Positions 62,675 to 64,000 of a stretch of DNA of 64,000 nucleotides are shown one piece after another. The position numbers and the translations under genes are program-made. Numbering within the stretch: position 1 is the first letter of the stretch; each line of letters starts with the position of its first letter. The DNA lies in NCBI GenBank assembly GCA_049297675.1, contig JBAQUS010000004.1:13188-77187 (forward strand), in the 5' to 3' direction. The notes below the pieces were generated by a model. It ran no database searches, was not told the DNA's origin, and saw only the letters and a list, made by a program, of their open reading frames with translations. Source of the DNA: Minisyncoccia bacterium (GTDB lineage: Bacteria; Patescibacteriota; Minisyncoccia; Phycocordibacterales; DATDWN01).

Positions 62675-63910
62675 ATGACAAAAAAATTAGGAAAAAACTC
62701 CGGTGAAAAGCAGTCTAAATCGCACTTAGAGAGTGTTACTGATAAGGTTGGTGAAACAGCAATTCACTATGGATTTACGGTTGTCAGACCTCCCCAAATA
62801 ACATCTGATGATATTTCAAAGTATAAACAATTCAAAGAATCCGATCACTACGGTGACGCACTAGAAAAAATAGCTTTGACTCGCTGGTATATAGAAAACA
62901 GACTTGAAACAGAAGCCCAACCTATTACAATTCATTATAAACGGCCTCTTCTGGGAGGACACTTAAAGAAAAAACCAAACATTGAGATGTATGGCTTTGA
63001 AGTAATGGGTAACACCAAAGCTACTTCTGAAGCTCTGATTTTAAAAACCATTTTGGCAGTTTTAGACGATTTGGGATATAGGGATTTGTATTTAGACATA
63101 AATAGTATAGGTGACAGAGAATCTATTTCAAGATTTGAAAGAGAGCTTCAGTCATACTTTAGAAAAAATCAACACATACTACCAGCCAAACTACGTAATG
63201 ATTTTAAAAAGAATCATTACTCTTTTGTCATAGAAAACCACCCTGAATCAAAAGAGTTTTTAAAAAATGCTCCACAAACCGTCGGCACTCTCTCTGAAGC
63301 AGGCCGTCTTCACTTTAAAGAAGTTTTAGAGTCAATTGAAGCTTTTGACGTGTCCTACAAAATTAAGCCACACGCAATAGCAAGCAAACATTATGCTTCC
63401 TATACAATATTTGAAGTTAGACAAATTTCAGAGAAAAAAGAGGAGGATGGAATCCTTTTGGCTTACGGTTACAGATACAACCACTTGGCCAAGAAAATAG
63501 GAGGAAAAAAGGATATATCAAGTGTCGGTGGCACAATCCTTGTAAAAAAGCACCCCTCATTTACAAAAAAAGTAGCTATAAAAAATATAAAGAAACCAAG
63601 ATTTTACTTGGTTCAGCTAGGCTCCATTGCTAAACTAAAAGTTCTAAACGTTGTTGAAATGCTTCGTAAAAATAAAATCGGCGTTTATCACTCTATAACT
63701 AAAGACAAAATCACGGGACAACTAAATGGGGCTGAATACATGAAAGCCTCTCACGTTCTCATAATGGGTCAGAAGGAAGCCATAGAAAACAGTATCGTTG
63801 TCAGAAACCTAATAAACCGAGAACAAGAAACTGTCTCACTTGAGAAACTACCTGAGTTTTTAAAAAGTTTGGATAAAGATGAGGTAAAGAAGAAAAAGAT
63901 GAAGAAATAG
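62675..63910 (+). CDS. Histidyl-tRNA synthetase-like protein (divergent class II core + HGTP anticodon-binding-type domain)
   Basis: LDINSIGDRE and YGYRYNHLAKKIGGKKD resemble HisRS-specific blocks. The C-terminus FYLVQLGS...HVLIMGQKE is anticodon-binding-like. Motif 2 looks degenerate. Confidence 0.5.
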   Translation: MTKKLGKNSGEKQSKSHLESVTDKVGETAIHYGFTVVRPPQITSDDISKYKQFKESDHYGDALEKIALTRWYIENRLETEAQPITIHYKRPLLGGHLKKKPNIEMYGFEVMGNTKATSEALILKTILAVLDDLGYRDLYLDINSIGDRESISRFERELQSYFRKNQHILPAKLRNDFKKNHYSFVIENHPESKEFLKNAPQTVGTLSEAGRLHFKEVLESIEAFDVSYKIKPHAIASKHYASYTIFEVRQISEKKEEDGILLAYGYRYNHLAKKIGGKKDISSVGGTILVKKHPSFTKKVAIKNIKKPRFYLVQLGSIAKLKVLNVVEMLRKNKIGVYHSITKDKITGQLNGAEYMKASHVLIMGQKEAIENSIVVRNLINREQETVSLEKLPEFLKSLDKDEVKKKKMKK

Positions 63911-63918
63911 TTGATTTT

Positions 63919-64000
63919 CAAAATTTCTTTCTCACCAAATCTTTTTCCAGACCGCATAAAAGTTTGCTAACTTTTTGCTTAGCCTCGAAAATCTAAGAAA
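63919..64000 (+). repeat. Conserved post-stop element, copy X2 (runs to the window end)
   Basis: Aligns over 82 nt with 25962-26042. The internal hairpin changes from AAATCC/GGATTT to AAAAGTT/AACTTTT. Confidence 0.55.

Overview
The window is AT-rich (about 22-30% G+C in the 60-nt lines I hand-counted) and densely packed with short genes. It looks like a reduced bacterial genome. Patescibacteria/CPR is my inference, from an N-terminally short IF-2, a 339-aa DnaX, many nucleotide-salvage and cell-envelope genes, T4SS-type mini-pilins and RAYT-like genes. The standard code applies: TGA terminates rbfA and folD. The housekeeping backbone includes a DEAD-box helicase, dnaX, dus, folD, serS, dprA, topA, an RSH (p)ppGpp enzyme, parB, murB/murA, miaA, alr, rpmG, clpB, a cysteine desulfurase, infB, rbfA, gyrA, rpsA, pth, lepB and a HisRS-like gene. 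I hand-folded eight tRNAs.

The most interesting stretch is an accessory island at about 45.1-55.4 kb, between a four-tRNA cluster and gyrA. It contains:
- two different HUH/Y1 RAYT-like units, each bracketed by its own perfect palindromes;
- a roughly 3-kb foreign two-gene cassette (47-58% G+C in three hand-counted lines) encoding an SPFH/band-7 membrane protein and a membrane-anchored lytic transglycosylase, with its own consensus promoter, Shine-Dalgarno (SD) sites and terminator;
- convergent to that cassette, an operon of an orphan solute-binding-fold protein followed by seven tandem VirB2/TrbC-like pilin paralogs.

Other recurring signals elsewhere in the window:
- small GC-rich, SD-bearing orphan ORF cassettes sitting in housekeeping spacers;
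- regulators flanked on both sides by related long palindromes;
- a tRNA-Tyr 3'-end duplication enclosing a tRNA-like structured RNA;
- two families of repeated structured non-coding elements with compensatory stem changes;
- several gene remnants.

No rRNA gene or CRISPR array was seen. All family assignments come from motif recognition by eye and need HMM or BLAST confirmation.
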